NCBI GenBank assembly: GCA_964409335.1
Contig: CAYPCW010000004.1
Coordinates: 12,745 to 76,744, forward strand
Direction: 5' to 3'
From: an uncultured bacterium
GTDB lineage: Bacteria; Fidelibacterota; Marinisomatia; SCGC-AAA003-L08; JACNLC01
DNA: 64,000 nt
Part shown: positions 53,786 to 62,904 of the stretch, in pieces
How the letters are laid out: each line of letters opens with the position of its first letter
Position numbering within the stretch: the first letter of the stretch is position 1
The notes under the pieces: generated by a model
Databases searched by the model: none
What the model saw: the letters and a program-made list of their open reading frames with translations, nothing else
What the model was told of the DNA's origin: nothing
Position numbers and translations under genes: made by a program

Positions 53786-54911
53786 GATTCTTCCGCTTTG
53801 CTTTTAATAAATCATTTTCGGAGTCTATTGAAATGGCACTATCCAGGGCTTTTACCGCTTTATCAATTTGTTTAATTCTTACATAAACATCAGAAAGGTG
53901 TTCGAATATGACCGCATTGCTTTGTTCTGTTTTCAAACTCTCGAGAAGAAAGTGTTCCGCCAATTCGAACTGATCCATTTGGTAATAAATCCAGCCGATC
54001 GTGTCGAGGAAGGAAGCATTGTCCGGGAATAATTCCAGGGCGATACAGCCATATTCCAGCGCTTTATCTAATTCTTGTTCGGTTATATTTTGTCGGGTGC
54101 TCAGGTTATAAGCATAATTGTTCAGTGCATTGGCATCCGGGTCGTCCCGATTGATTAACTGCTGATAAATGCTGTCGGAAGAAGCAAATTTTCCCAAATC
54201 GCTGAGCTGTTGGGCGAGTTGATTGAGAATCACATTATGATGAGGAAAGCGATCATTTAACGTCCATAATTCCGTGAGGACCTGATCCGAGTTACTTATA
54301 GAATATAATATTCTAATATAAGACCCCATGAAGAGGGGATTCTCTGGAAAGTTGCTCATGAGAGTATCAAGCCCGGTGAATATGGAATCAAAGTCTTGAG
54401 TACGAAATCCAATCTCAAGCATTGTCTGGAAGATTTCCTGATCATCGGGAGTTTTTAGTAGGATTTCCACACAAAGTTCGATCACTTCCTTCCATTTGTA
54501 TTCCGTGACGAGGAGGGTTAGTTTTTTAACCTGCAGGTCAATATCCTCTGGAGATTCCTGAATCTTTCGTTCGATGAACCTGATCGCAGAATCCGGTTGT
54601 TCCATGTACACGTACAAGTTGATTGCTAAATCAATAAATTTATCTTCCTGTGGTGCAATTGAACTGGCTTTGAGCACATAGTGTAACGTTTTTTCGTAAT
54701 CATTTGAATCCAGGGACAGGTCGATCAGGGTAGTATAAATCTCGATTGAGTCCGGATCTTTTTCCAGCGCAAGTAAAAAATTGGCTTCTGCCTGGGTGTA
54801 GTCTTCCTGTAGGAGATAATACTGTCCAAGAAAGAAAGGATCTTCTTCTGGTTCGACATCAGCGCATAGGGATGCTGCGGAAAGTATTATAATGAATAGA
54901 AGTATTTTCAT
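53772..54911 (-). CDS. Exported tetratricopeptide-repeat protein
   Basis: Signal peptide MKILLFIIILSAASLCA; TPR repeats including ALNNYAY...FLDTIGWIYY. Confidence 0.88.
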   Translation of the reverse strand: MKILLFIIILSAASLCADVEPEEDPFFLGQYYLLQEDYTQAEANFLLALEKDPDSIEIYTTLIDLSLDSNDYEKTLHYVLKASSIAPQEDKFIDLAINLYVYMEQPDSAIRFIERKIQESPEDIDLQVKKLTLLVTEYKWKEVIELCVEILLKTPDDQEIFQTMLEIGFRTQDFDSIFTGLDTLMSNFPENPLFMGSYIRILYSISNSDQVLTELWTLNDRFPHHNVILNQLAQQLSDLGKFASSDSIYQQLINRDDPDANALNNYAYNLSTRQNITEQELDKALEYGCIALELFPDNASFLDTIGWIYYQMDQFELAEHFLLESLKTEQSNAVIFEHLSDVYVRIKQIDKAVKALDSAISIDSENDLLKAKRKNLGHE

Positions 54912-54917
54912 TGGTTT

Positions 54918-54949
54918 AAAAAAAAATAGGAGGGTATGCCCTCCTATTT
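54918..54949 (-). terminator. Intrinsic terminator after the DUF4295-like gene
   Basis: AAATAGGAGGG-4 nt loop-CCCTCCTATTT followed by a long T-run on the minus strand. Confidence 0.85.
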
Positions 54950-54968
54950 CGTGATAAAAATTCGGTTT

Positions 54969-55166
54969 TTAGTTTGAGCTTCCAAGTAAGTTATTTACAA
55001 AGCTTTCTACATTTTCTCCAGATGGAACGGAATGAATTTCTTCGGAGAACCGGATTCCATCCTTATTTTTTTTTGATTGAACTGACCGTACCACTTTAAT
55101 ACAGGTTTTTTGTTCTTTCTCAACGGTCTTCCCGACTTTATCTCCAAATGATTGTTTCTTTGCCAT
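54969..55166 (-). CDS. Small basic protein, DUF4295-like
   Basis: MAKKQSFGDK...KVVRSVQSKK...RFSEEI; GAGGA precedes the ATG; has its own terminator. Confidence 0.7.
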   Translation of the reverse strand: MAKKQSFGDKVGKTVEKEQKTCIKVVRSVQSKKNKDGIRFSEEIHSVPSGENVESFVNNLLGSSN

Positions 55167-55347
55167 TCAATTCCTCTTATTTACAAACTTAATGTCTTGG
55201 TTTTTTCAGTATCAAATTCCATATTCACGACTCTCACACGACGCAAATTTTACATATACTCTATCAAAAATTCCGAATCATTTCTAATTAGATGCGTCAC
55301 CATTTTTTACCGGGCACAAAAATGACCGGATCGACAAGCAGGTTGGT

Positions 55348-55905
55348 TTACTTTGTGCCTGTCTTGCCTTTCTGATTCACCATCAATATTTGATCATCAT
55401 AACGGTCTGATGCCTCACGAAGACTATCTTTCATTAATGAGTCTTTCAGAGCGGGCATAAGCGTAGAATTCACCATTAAAGGGGGTTGAGAATCAAACTC
55501 GTGCAAGGTTGGGTTTTGTGAAAATTCACTCACACTAAGCTGTGGAATGTTGTCGTTCTGAAACAGGAGGACGGACGAGATCGTTAATACGGTAAACGCT
55601 GCAAGAAATCCCAGAGCCGATACCGGTGTTAATCCGAAGGGTTGAAAGTTGAGCAACCGGGTAAAGAAGGGTTCTTTTCTGGAATTATACTTATCGATTT
55701 TTTGGTGCAGATTTTTAATAAAATCAGCGGAGGTTGAGATGGCCTCTACATTTTTGAGTGAGTTCATAATTTCTACCACACCGTTGAGTTTCATTCCGCA
55801 GTCCCGGCAAAGGGTCTGATGCCGGATGAACTCTTTTCGTAGTTTTAAACTTAAATTACTCTCGATGAATGCAGAAATATTTTCTTCAAAATTGTAACAA
55901 TTCAT
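55348..55905 (-). CDS. Zinc-finger (ZAS/zf-HC2) transmembrane anti-sigma factor
   Basis: MNC...HQTLCRDC (HxxxCxxC), one TM helix; immediately downstream of the ECF sigma gene. Confidence 0.88.
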   Translation of the reverse strand: MNCYNFEENISAFIESNLSLKLRKEFIRHQTLCRDCGMKLNGVVEIMNSLKNVEAISTSADFIKNLHQKIDKYNSRKEPFFTRLLNFQPFGLTPVSALGFLAAFTVLTISSVLLFQNDNIPQLSVSEFSQNPTLHEFDSQPPLMVNSTLMPALKDSLMKDSLREASDRYDDQILMVNQKGKTGTK

Positions 55906-55911
55906 TCAGAT

Positions 55912-56484
55912 TTATCGTCCCCCTATTTTAGTTAACAGGTATTGTAATTTTAATCTTCCACGGTTAATCCGTGATTTTACTGTCCCTAACGGAACGCCGA
56001 CGATTCTACTGATGTCCTCGTAGGAAAGTTCCTGAATATCTCTCAAAATGATCATCGTCTTGAAATCTGGTGGAAGTTCGTTCAACGCCCATTGGATTTT
56101 TTTTCCCAGGTTATCTTTTTCCAGATCCATACTTGGGTCTTTCATGACGGGTATTTCATACTCTTTATCGTCATATTTGATATCAGAAAGTGAGTACGTA
56201 TTTCTTCGTTTAGATTTTCGAAGCTCGGTTCTGGCGAGATTCCCGGCGATCGTGTAAAGCCAGGTTGAAAATTTTGCGATTTCCCGATACGAATGTTTAT
56301 GGGTAAACACTTTTATAAATGTGTCCTGGGTTATATCCTCAGCCCGTTCGATATCATTTAGAAACCGGTAAACAAAATTCAAAATCTTTTCCTTATACCG
56401 ATAAACAATTTGGTTATAAGCCTGGATATCCCCTTCCTGAAATCGTGCCATCAATTCCTCATCAGATATCTGATAATCAGGCAT
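55912..56484 (-). CDS. ECF RNA polymerase sigma factor (RpoE/SigW-like)
   Basis: AEDITQDTF, FSTWLYTIAGN, LSYEDIS...GTVKSRINRGR. Confidence 0.95.
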   Translation of the reverse strand: MPDYQISDEELMARFQEGDIQAYNQIVYRYKEKILNFVYRFLNDIERAEDITQDTFIKVFTHKHSYREIAKFSTWLYTIAGNLARTELRKSKRRNTYSLSDIKYDDKEYEIPVMKDPSMDLEKDNLGKKIQWALNELPPDFKTMIILRDIQELSYEDISRIVGVPLGTVKSRINRGRLKLQYLLTKIGGR

Positions 56485-57463
56485 AGTTCCCCTGGCAGAT
56501 GGTAATGGTTAATGGTATTAAAATATTATGCGGGGATATGGTTTTAGTTTTTGAGGTGATATCGGCATTTCGGATTTTCACGATAATTTTATTGATTTCT
56601 TCCGGGGCAAATTGACGACAATAGGCTTGTAAATTATTCTGAAGGAACTTGTTCAATTGGGGATATCCGATAGGATATTTTTTATTGATCTTTGCCCAAT
56701 ACACATTTTCGAACAGTGTATTGAGTGATGCCGTTATCTGAGGAATACTGATCCCGTAATCAATCAGGGAATCAATCATTTCCAACGATGCGGGTAAATT
56801 TTTATTCCCCATGGTATGCAGATATTTCCACAGCGGGTATTCTCTTTCGTACCCCACTACTCCTTCAACTAATGCTACATCGATCAATTTTTTTTCTTCA
56901 CCCATCATCCACAAGTTCATAACTTCACCATAAACCTGCATTATGGAATTCCCTTTTCGTTCGATGATAAGTTTAATCGCCTCGATATCGATTTTAATAT
57001 TTTCTGCTTGACAAATTTCTACTATCCGTTCTAAAAACAAATTTTCGTTTATGGGAGATCTCACATCAATTACGACGGATGCGTTTTTCAATGTCGCACT
57101 AAATTTTGTTTTATCATAATAATTTTCGTTAATGAGAATCAAACAAATATCCAATGATGGTTTTTTTAAATATTCGATAAATTCAACTTTTGCCTTTGCG
57201 GAGAGTTTGGAAATTTGCCGAACCTGGATTAATCTTTTATTTTCGAAAAGTGAAATGGAATTCAGTTCATCCATGAATACCGCTTCAGGATCATCCCCGA
57301 TTGAGATACGAATATGACTACCCCCCTCACTTAGGAAGGTAGTCTTTATCACGCTAATATTAAAGTCCTGGATAAATATATCCTCTCCAAGTAACAAATA
57401 TGAAGAAGCTACATCCTTGATCTGCAATCTTTTTGTCAATTGTCTGGTTGTGACAATATTCAT
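56477..57463 (-). CDS. holA: DNA polymerase III delta subunit
   Basis: YLLLGEDIF, SLFENKRLI, C-terminal ADITSK; typical length of 328 aa; divergent sequence. Confidence 0.82.
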   Translation of the reverse strand: MNIVTTRQLTKRLQIKDVASSYLLLGEDIFIQDFNISVIKTTFLSEGGSHIRISIGDDPEAVFMDELNSISLFENKRLIQVRQISKLSAKAKVEFIEYLKKPSLDICLILINENYYDKTKFSATLKNASVVIDVRSPINENLFLERIVEICQAENIKIDIEAIKLIIERKGNSIMQVYGEVMNLWMMGEEKKLIDVALVEGVVGYEREYPLWKYLHTMGNKNLPASLEMIDSLIDYGISIPQITASLNTLFENVYWAKINKKYPIGYPQLNKFLQNNLQAYCRQFAPEEINKIIVKIRNADITSKTKTISPHNILIPLTITICQGNYA

Positions 57464-57467
57464 ATGT

Positions 57468-58256
57468 TCAACTCAACAAATGGATCACTAAACTTAATGT
57501 TCCAACTGTCCAGCAATAAAAGGAAAAAACCCAAATTTTTTGTTTATTCAACACTTTCACCAGGGCGATAATACATATAAAACCGGTTATGGCGGAAACA
57601 ATAAATCCTGCGAGTGTATAGATAGACCCAGCGCTAGCACCAAGTAAAAGGGCATCCTTTAAATGGAGTAATCCTGCACCAAATAGTACCGGAACCGCCA
57701 TTAGAAATGAAAATTTGGCCGCATTAGGGTTATCTACCCCCAAGAAAATAGCAGTTGCAATTGTCATCCCTGACCGGGATATGCCTGGTAGGATTGCCAG
57801 GGCTTGAGCACAACCGATTATAAGTGCACTTTTTAGAGGGATATTCACTATATCCCTGCCGGTTTTCCCACGGGTTAAAAATAATACGAATCCGGTAAAA
57901 ATCAGGTTGAAGCTGACTATCGTGACACTGGAAAATGCACTTCCGATAAAATCGTCGAATGATAATCCGATCACAACTGCCGGGATGGTTGCCACGATAA
58001 GTGCGAGGATGTATTTTTTTGAATATTCTCTACGGCCGGGTTCAAACAGTCCGGTGATCAACGCCAAGATATCTTTGAAATAATAAACGAGGATCGACAG
58101 CAAGGTTCCGAAATGGAGCAGGATTTCCAATACCGCTCCAGGTGTCGAAATTTTTAACAGAGCTTTGCCGATGACCAAATGACCGGAACTGCTAACAGGT
58201 AAAAATTCTGTCAGTCCCTGTAACGCTCCCATGATCACATTATCCCAGAAACTCAT
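57468..58256 (-). CDS. uppP: Undecaprenyl-diphosphate phosphatase UppP/BacA
   Basis: QGLTEFLPVSSSGHL, PGISRSG, FSFLMAVP. Confidence 0.97.
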   Translation of the reverse strand: MSFWDNVIMGALQGLTEFLPVSSSGHLVIGKALLKISTPGAVLEILLHFGTLLSILVYYFKDILALITGLFEPGRREYSKKYILALIVATIPAVVIGLSFDDFIGSAFSSVTIVSFNLIFTGFVLFLTRGKTGRDIVNIPLKSALIIGCAQALAILPGISRSGMTIATAIFLGVDNPNAAKFSFLMAVPVLFGAGLLHLKDALLLGASAGSIYTLAGFIVSAITGFICIIALVKVLNKQKIWVFSFYCWTVGTLSLVIHLLS

Positions 58257-58990
58257 ACGTCTCCCATATATGCGTACATTCGACCCGAATTATTCCCATC
58301 CCGTCTAAAACTATGACATTCATTTGATTTGTAGGAACAAATGTCCGGTGAAAAAATCTGATCTGATCTCACTCCCATGGAAATGAGATCATCTTCAATT
58401 TCACCAATCATATCGATATTCCACCCCATTAAACTTTTTTCTTTATTCTTATTTCTAAAGTGTTTAGCAACATCATCCTGAACAATATAATTTTTCTTTT
58501 TAATTGAGGGTCCCAATACAATTTTAATATCATTCATCCGGCTGCCAAGTTCGATTAAACGGGTAAGACCTTTCGTGGTAATGCGGTTTATCGTTCCCCG
58601 CCATCCCGAATGAATAAGCGCTTTCAACCGGTTTTCGGGGTCATGAACAAATACCGGCACGCAATCGGCGACTTTGATACGGATCATTAGTTCCGGATTT
58701 GCAGTAATAATTCCATCGCTTTCAAGATATACACCGGAATGATCAGCTAACATTATGCGATCTGAATGTACCTGCCGGGGATATGCAAGTGGTCGCATGC
58801 TCTGACCAAATTGAAAAACCGGTTCGTGATCAGATGCGATTTCCAGATAGGGTTCAACGTACTGAATTTGCACATTGGCTTTTGAAAGTAAGGCAAGAAT
58901 ATGATCACCTAAAAATGATGAAAAATTAAAAAATCGATGATCCGGGAAAAATTGACGGATATCTGACCCGCTGTCCGCAACTTCACGCAT
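58253..58990 (-). CDS. pgeF: PgeF/YfiH (polyphenol oxidase-like, purine nucleoside phosphorylase) family protein
   Basis: QVHS, DGIIT, ADCVPV, HSGWRG, LGPSI, SFRRDG. Confidence 0.9.
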   Translation of the reverse strand: MREVADSGSDIRQFFPDHRFFNFSSFLGDHILALLSKANVQIQYVEPYLEIASDHEPVFQFGQSMRPLAYPRQVHSDRIMLADHSGVYLESDGIITANPELMIRIKVADCVPVFVHDPENRLKALIHSGWRGTINRITTKGLTRLIELGSRMNDIKIVLGPSIKKKNYIVQDDVAKHFRNKNKEKSLMGWNIDMIGEIEDDLISMGVRSDQIFSPDICSYKSNECHSFRRDGNNSGRMYAYMGDV

Positions 58991-58994
58991 CAAA

Positions 58995-60536
58995 TTATTC
59001 CCATTCGATAGTACCCGGTGGTTTTCCTGTAATATCATATACCACGCGATTCACACCCTTCACGTCATTGACAATTTTTGTGGAGCATAAATTCAGAACC
59101 TCATATGGCATATGATACCATTCAGCGGTCATACCATCCAGACTCGTCACAGCTCGAAGGGCAATCAGATGTTCATAGCTTCGGTTGTCTCCCATCACAC
59201 CAACGGTTTTTATGGGGACCAGAACGGCAAACGCCTGCCAAATTCTTTCATATTCTCCGGTTTGTTTTAGGATTTCCATAAATATTCGATCGGCTTGCCG
59301 TAGAATATTTAATCTTTCCTGTGTGATCTCCCCAATGATCCTCACCGCAAGTCCGGGTCCGGGAAAGGGATGCCTGTTGACAATAAAATCAGGTAATCCG
59401 AGTTCGAAACCCACTTTTCTCACCTCATCTTTAAATAAATCTTTGAGGGGCTCCACGAGTTTGAAGTTTAAATCCTTTGGCAAACCGCCCACGTTATGAT
59501 GAGATTTTATGGTGACTGAAGATCCTGATGTCAAGCCACCGGATTCGATGACGTCCGGGTAAAGTGTTCCTTGCGCAAGAAACGGAAAATCTCCCAGAGA
59601 TGCAGCACATTTTTCGAATGTTCGAATAAATAATCCGCCGATTATTTTCCGTTTTTCCTCCGGATCAGTGACCCCTGATAACCGGTTAATAAATTCATCC
59701 GAAGCATTATAATGATGAATTCTAATACCCAGACCGTTTTTAAGGGAATCCAATACGCGCTCCGCTTCATCATGGCGTAGTAATCCGTGATCGATGAAAA
59801 TACACTGAGATTGTTCTCCAATGGCTGTGTGCAACAATGCGGCGACCACGGATGAATCTACCCCTCCGCTTAATCCACAGATCACATTTTTCTTACCGAC
59901 GGTATTCTGTATTTTTTGAATCGCATTCGAAATAAAATTTGATGGTGTCCAACTTGGGGTACAATGTGCAATTCTGAACAGAAAGTTTGAGATTATTGTG
60001 GTACCTTCCGTAGTCTGCATCACCTCAGGGTGGAACTGGACACCAAATAATGGGGCTGTTCTGTGTTGAATAACCGCTATCACGCCATCATCAGTCAATC
60101 CTGCGGACTCCCAGTCTTGTTGAAGTGCATCAATTTCATCACCATGACTCATCCAAACCTGTGATCGATCCGGCACTCCGTCTAACAAACGTGAATCTTT
60201 TTTTATGATCAAGGTAGATTTCCCGTATTCGCCTCTACTGCGATTAATGACATTTCCGTTTGTCTGGTGAACCAGTAATTGCAAGCCGTAGCAAATACCG
60301 AGTATGGGAATACCTGATTGGATAATATTCAAATCCAGTTCCGGAGCCTTATCAGCATAAACGCTGGAAGGACCTCCTGATAAAACCATGGCTATAACAT
60401 TATTTTGACGAAGCTGTTCTATTGTAACCCGATAATCAAATATTTCTGAATAAACGTGGTGCTCACGTATTCGTCTCGTGATTAGTTGGGTGTATTGCGA
60501 ACCAAAATCAATAATGGCTACTGTTTGATTAATCAT
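58995..60536 (-). CDS. guaA: GMP synthase (glutamine-hydrolysing)
   Basis: DFGSQYTQLI, GICYGLQ, QFHPEV, SGGVDS, KPPGTIEWE. Confidence 0.99.
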   Translation of the reverse strand: MINQTVAIIDFGSQYTQLITRRIREHHVYSEIFDYRVTIEQLRQNNVIAMVLSGGPSSVYADKAPELDLNIIQSGIPILGICYGLQLLVHQTNGNVINRSRGEYGKSTLIIKKDSRLLDGVPDRSQVWMSHGDEIDALQQDWESAGLTDDGVIAVIQHRTAPLFGVQFHPEVMQTTEGTTIISNFLFRIAHCTPSWTPSNFISNAIQKIQNTVGKKNVICGLSGGVDSSVVAALLHTAIGEQSQCIFIDHGLLRHDEAERVLDSLKNGLGIRIHHYNASDEFINRLSGVTDPEEKRKIIGGLFIRTFEKCAASLGDFPFLAQGTLYPDVIESGGLTSGSSVTIKSHHNVGGLPKDLNFKLVEPLKDLFKDEVRKVGFELGLPDFIVNRHPFPGPGLAVRIIGEITQERLNILRQADRIFMEILKQTGEYERIWQAFAVLVPIKTVGVMGDNRSYEHLIALRAVTSLDGMTAEWYHMPYEVLNLCSTKIVNDVKGVNRVVYDITGKPPGTIEWE

Positions 60537-60559
60537 CTTGAAAATACTGCAATCTATAT

Positions 60560-61423
60560 TCAGACTGTATGATGGGGCTGGTATTGAAAGAATTTGAATA
60601 TCATTATTAAGGTTTTTTTCAAATCGGATCGGTGCACGATGCTGTCGACAAATCCTTTCTCAAGTAGGAATTCTGCCCGCTGAAATCCTTCTGGCAGATC
60701 CTGACCTATAGTTTGTTTTATGACCCTTGCACCTGCAAATCCAATCAAAGCGTTAGGTTCGGCAAGAATAATATCGCCGAGCATGGCAAAACTTGCAGTG
60801 GTTCCTCCGGTTGTTGGGTCGGTTAATATAGATATAAATAATCCTTTTTCTTTTGAGAACCTTGCCAGCATTGCACTCGTTTTTGCCATTTGCATGAGAC
60901 TGTAAGACCCTTCCTGCATTCGTGCCCCCCCGGATGCAGATACGATAATTAATGGTATTTTATTCGCAATGGTATAAGAAACCAGCCTGCTAATTTTTTC
61001 ACCAACTACCGATCCCATACTTCCGCCGATAAACGAAAAATCCATTATGCCAAGTGCCGTTTTATACCCACCGATTTCACCCACAACCGTTCTGATGGCA
61101 TCATTGTATCCCGTTTTTTCCTGTGCGGCCTTTACCTGATCAATATACTTTGAAGTGCCATGGAATTTTAGGGGATCGACAGATTTAATGTTTTTCCCGA
61201 TTTCAAGAATATTATTCGGCTCATCCAGCAACATATTAAAATACTGCTGGCTGGTAATTCTGAAATGATGAGAACATCCGGAACACACATACTGATTTTT
61301 TCGAAGTTCTTCTCCATAAATCACCTGTCTGCATCTTGGGCATTTGATCCATATTCCTTCTGCAGTATCTTTTTTACTGATGGTTTTTATTTTATCGGTG
61401 GATCGTCTAAACCATTCAACCAT
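60560..61423 (-). CDS. accD: Acetyl-CoA carboxylase carboxyltransferase beta subunit
   Basis: Zn ribbon CPRC...CSGC, GGSMGSVVGE, SGGARMQE, FAGARVI. Confidence 0.98.
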   Translation of the reverse strand: MVEWFRRSTDKIKTISKKDTAEGIWIKCPRCRQVIYGEELRKNQYVCSGCSHHFRITSQQYFNMLLDEPNNILEIGKNIKSVDPLKFHGTSKYIDQVKAAQEKTGYNDAIRTVVGEIGGYKTALGIMDFSFIGGSMGSVVGEKISRLVSYTIANKIPLIIVSASGGARMQEGSYSLMQMAKTSAMLARFSKEKGLFISILTDPTTGGTTASFAMLGDIILAEPNALIGFAGARVIKQTIGQDLPEGFQRAEFLLEKGFVDSIVHRSDLKKTLIMIFKFFQYQPHHTV

Positions 61424-61865
61424 TCGGTGTTATCTCCAAAGTAAGGACTATCGCATCGTCGCCTTTTGTAAAATAGTCCTTATTCTTATTAATTTCTTTG
61501 AATCGTCTGGATAAAAATAATTTTCTCGCGGGCTCGTTTTCTTTTTTCATCGCAAGGGTGATCACCCTGATATTCAGAACATCTAATTTTCCAGACAGAT
61601 AATCTAATATTTTTAAGGCTATTTTTTTTCGTCGGAAATCAGGATGAACCGCGATATTGGTCAGGTGAAATGTTTCATTTTGAACCTCCCCGAAAAGATA
61701 GGCGATAATTTTCCCTTCATCAGTGATGGCACAGAGATTGAGTGTTGCAAGGGGTTTTGAAATTTCTATTTGAAAATGAAACCTGCTCCAGGGTTTTGGA
61801 TAAATTTTGGTTTCAATCTGAATAATCTCTTCGAGGTCCGATTCTGTAATTTGAACGATATTCAT
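61416..61865 (-). CDS. RimI-like GNAT protein with degenerate catalytic motifs
   Basis: PWS, HLTNIAVHPDFRR, DDAIVL and position after tsaB match rimI, but LEVR, LY and GF read LAMK, LF and RF. Confidence 0.8.
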   Translation of the reverse strand: MNIVQITESDLEEIIQIETKIYPKPWSRFHFQIEISKPLATLNLCAITDEGKIIAYLFGEVQNETFHLTNIAVHPDFRRKKIALKILDYLSGKLDVLNIRVITLAMKKENEPARKLFLSRRFKEINKNKDYFTKGDDAIVLTLEITPNG

Positions 61866-62479
61866 GGCTTAAAATTAAAATTTGTAATGTATAAGGGATT
61901 GACATTATTAATATCTCGTTCTATCCATTTGTTGTAATTTTTCATTGCGGACATTGCCACATATTTTGAAGATGGTGGTGTATAATTGATTACAAAACTT
62001 AAATCATCCGTGATCTTCAGCCCGTATCCAAACAACTGATTCACACCGGGTTCCGGTCGGAAGTCACGGCTTTGAATACATTCCGGTATACCATCATATG
62101 AAAAATCAGAAAATTTCTGAATGAATATCCAATCTGCGTATGAATGAACATAGACGTATCTTGGAAATATCATGGATTCAAGATTATCATTGATCGCCAC
62201 TAGAGATGGTACCGGAATTAACGGCAAACCCATTGCATAGGACAGACCTTTTGCCATACTTACACCGATTCTCAATCCTGTATAAGAACCGGGTCCGGTC
62301 GCGACAGCAATAGCCGTTATGGGAACTCCACACTGGTCTATTCCCTGCTGAATAAATTGTGGAAGTCGCTCAGAATGAATCCTCGGTTGAGCAACCTCGT
62401 TAAAATATTTGACTCCTTCCGGACTCATGACACAAACGCCACAGATATCTGTAGACGATTCTATCGCAAGAATATTCAT
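61862..62479 (-). CDS. tsaB: t6A biosynthesis protein TsaB
   Basis: ILAIESS, HSERL, GPGSYTGLRIG. Confidence 0.95.
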   Translation of the reverse strand: MNILAIESSTDICGVCVMSPEGVKYFNEVAQPRIHSERLPQFIQQGIDQCGVPITAIAVATGPGSYTGLRIGVSMAKGLSYAMGLPLIPVPSLVAINDNLESMIFPRYVYVHSYADWIFIQKFSDFSYDGIPECIQSRDFRPEPGVNQLFGYGLKITDDLSFVINYTPPSSKYVAMSAMKNYNKWIERDINNVNPLYITNFNFKP

Positions 62480-62901
62480 TTGTTAATTCGAATACTTCGT
62501 TTATTTTTGTCGATATAGGAAAATGAGATTAAGGTTTTTCTTTCAGGTAGCAGTTTTTCTAATACTTCCGGCCACTCAATAAAAACAATAGAATCGGAAT
62601 AAAAATACTCAATGATTCCGAGACTGATCCACCGATGTACATTTTTTTCCCGATAACCGTCTATATGTATAATTTCCGGGTCCGATGGGTACTGATTAAT
62701 GAGTGTAAACGTCGGAGAAGTCACCTCCCCCGAATATCCAAGCCCGTCTGCGACCCCTTTGATGAATGTGGTTTTCCCAGAACCCAATTGGCCGGATAAG
62801 GCAAATATATCACCCGTTTCAACGAAATTTGAAAACTGTTTTCCAAGCCTGAATGTGCCAGCAGCAGAAGATGTTATTTTATTCTTCCAACCGGATTTCA
62901 A
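62476..62901 (-). CDS. tsaE: t6A biosynthesis ATPase TsaE
   Basis: GQLGSGKTTF, VTSPTFTL, HIDGYR, IEWPE. Confidence 0.96.
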   Translation of the reverse strand: MKSGWKNKITSSAAGTFRLGKQFSNFVETGDIFALSGQLGSGKTTFIKGVADGLGYSGEVTSPTFTLINQYPSDPEIIHIDGYREKNVHRWISLGIIEYFYSDSIVFIEWPEVLEKLLPERKTLISFSYIDKNKRSIRINK

Positions 62902-62904
62902 AAA

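Noticed and set aside
55167-55347. rpmG or an ECF-dependent promoter upstream of the DUF4295-like gene
   Set aside because: No L33-like ORF; CATCTAA resembles an ECF -10 element but has no AAC-type -35 at suitable spacing.
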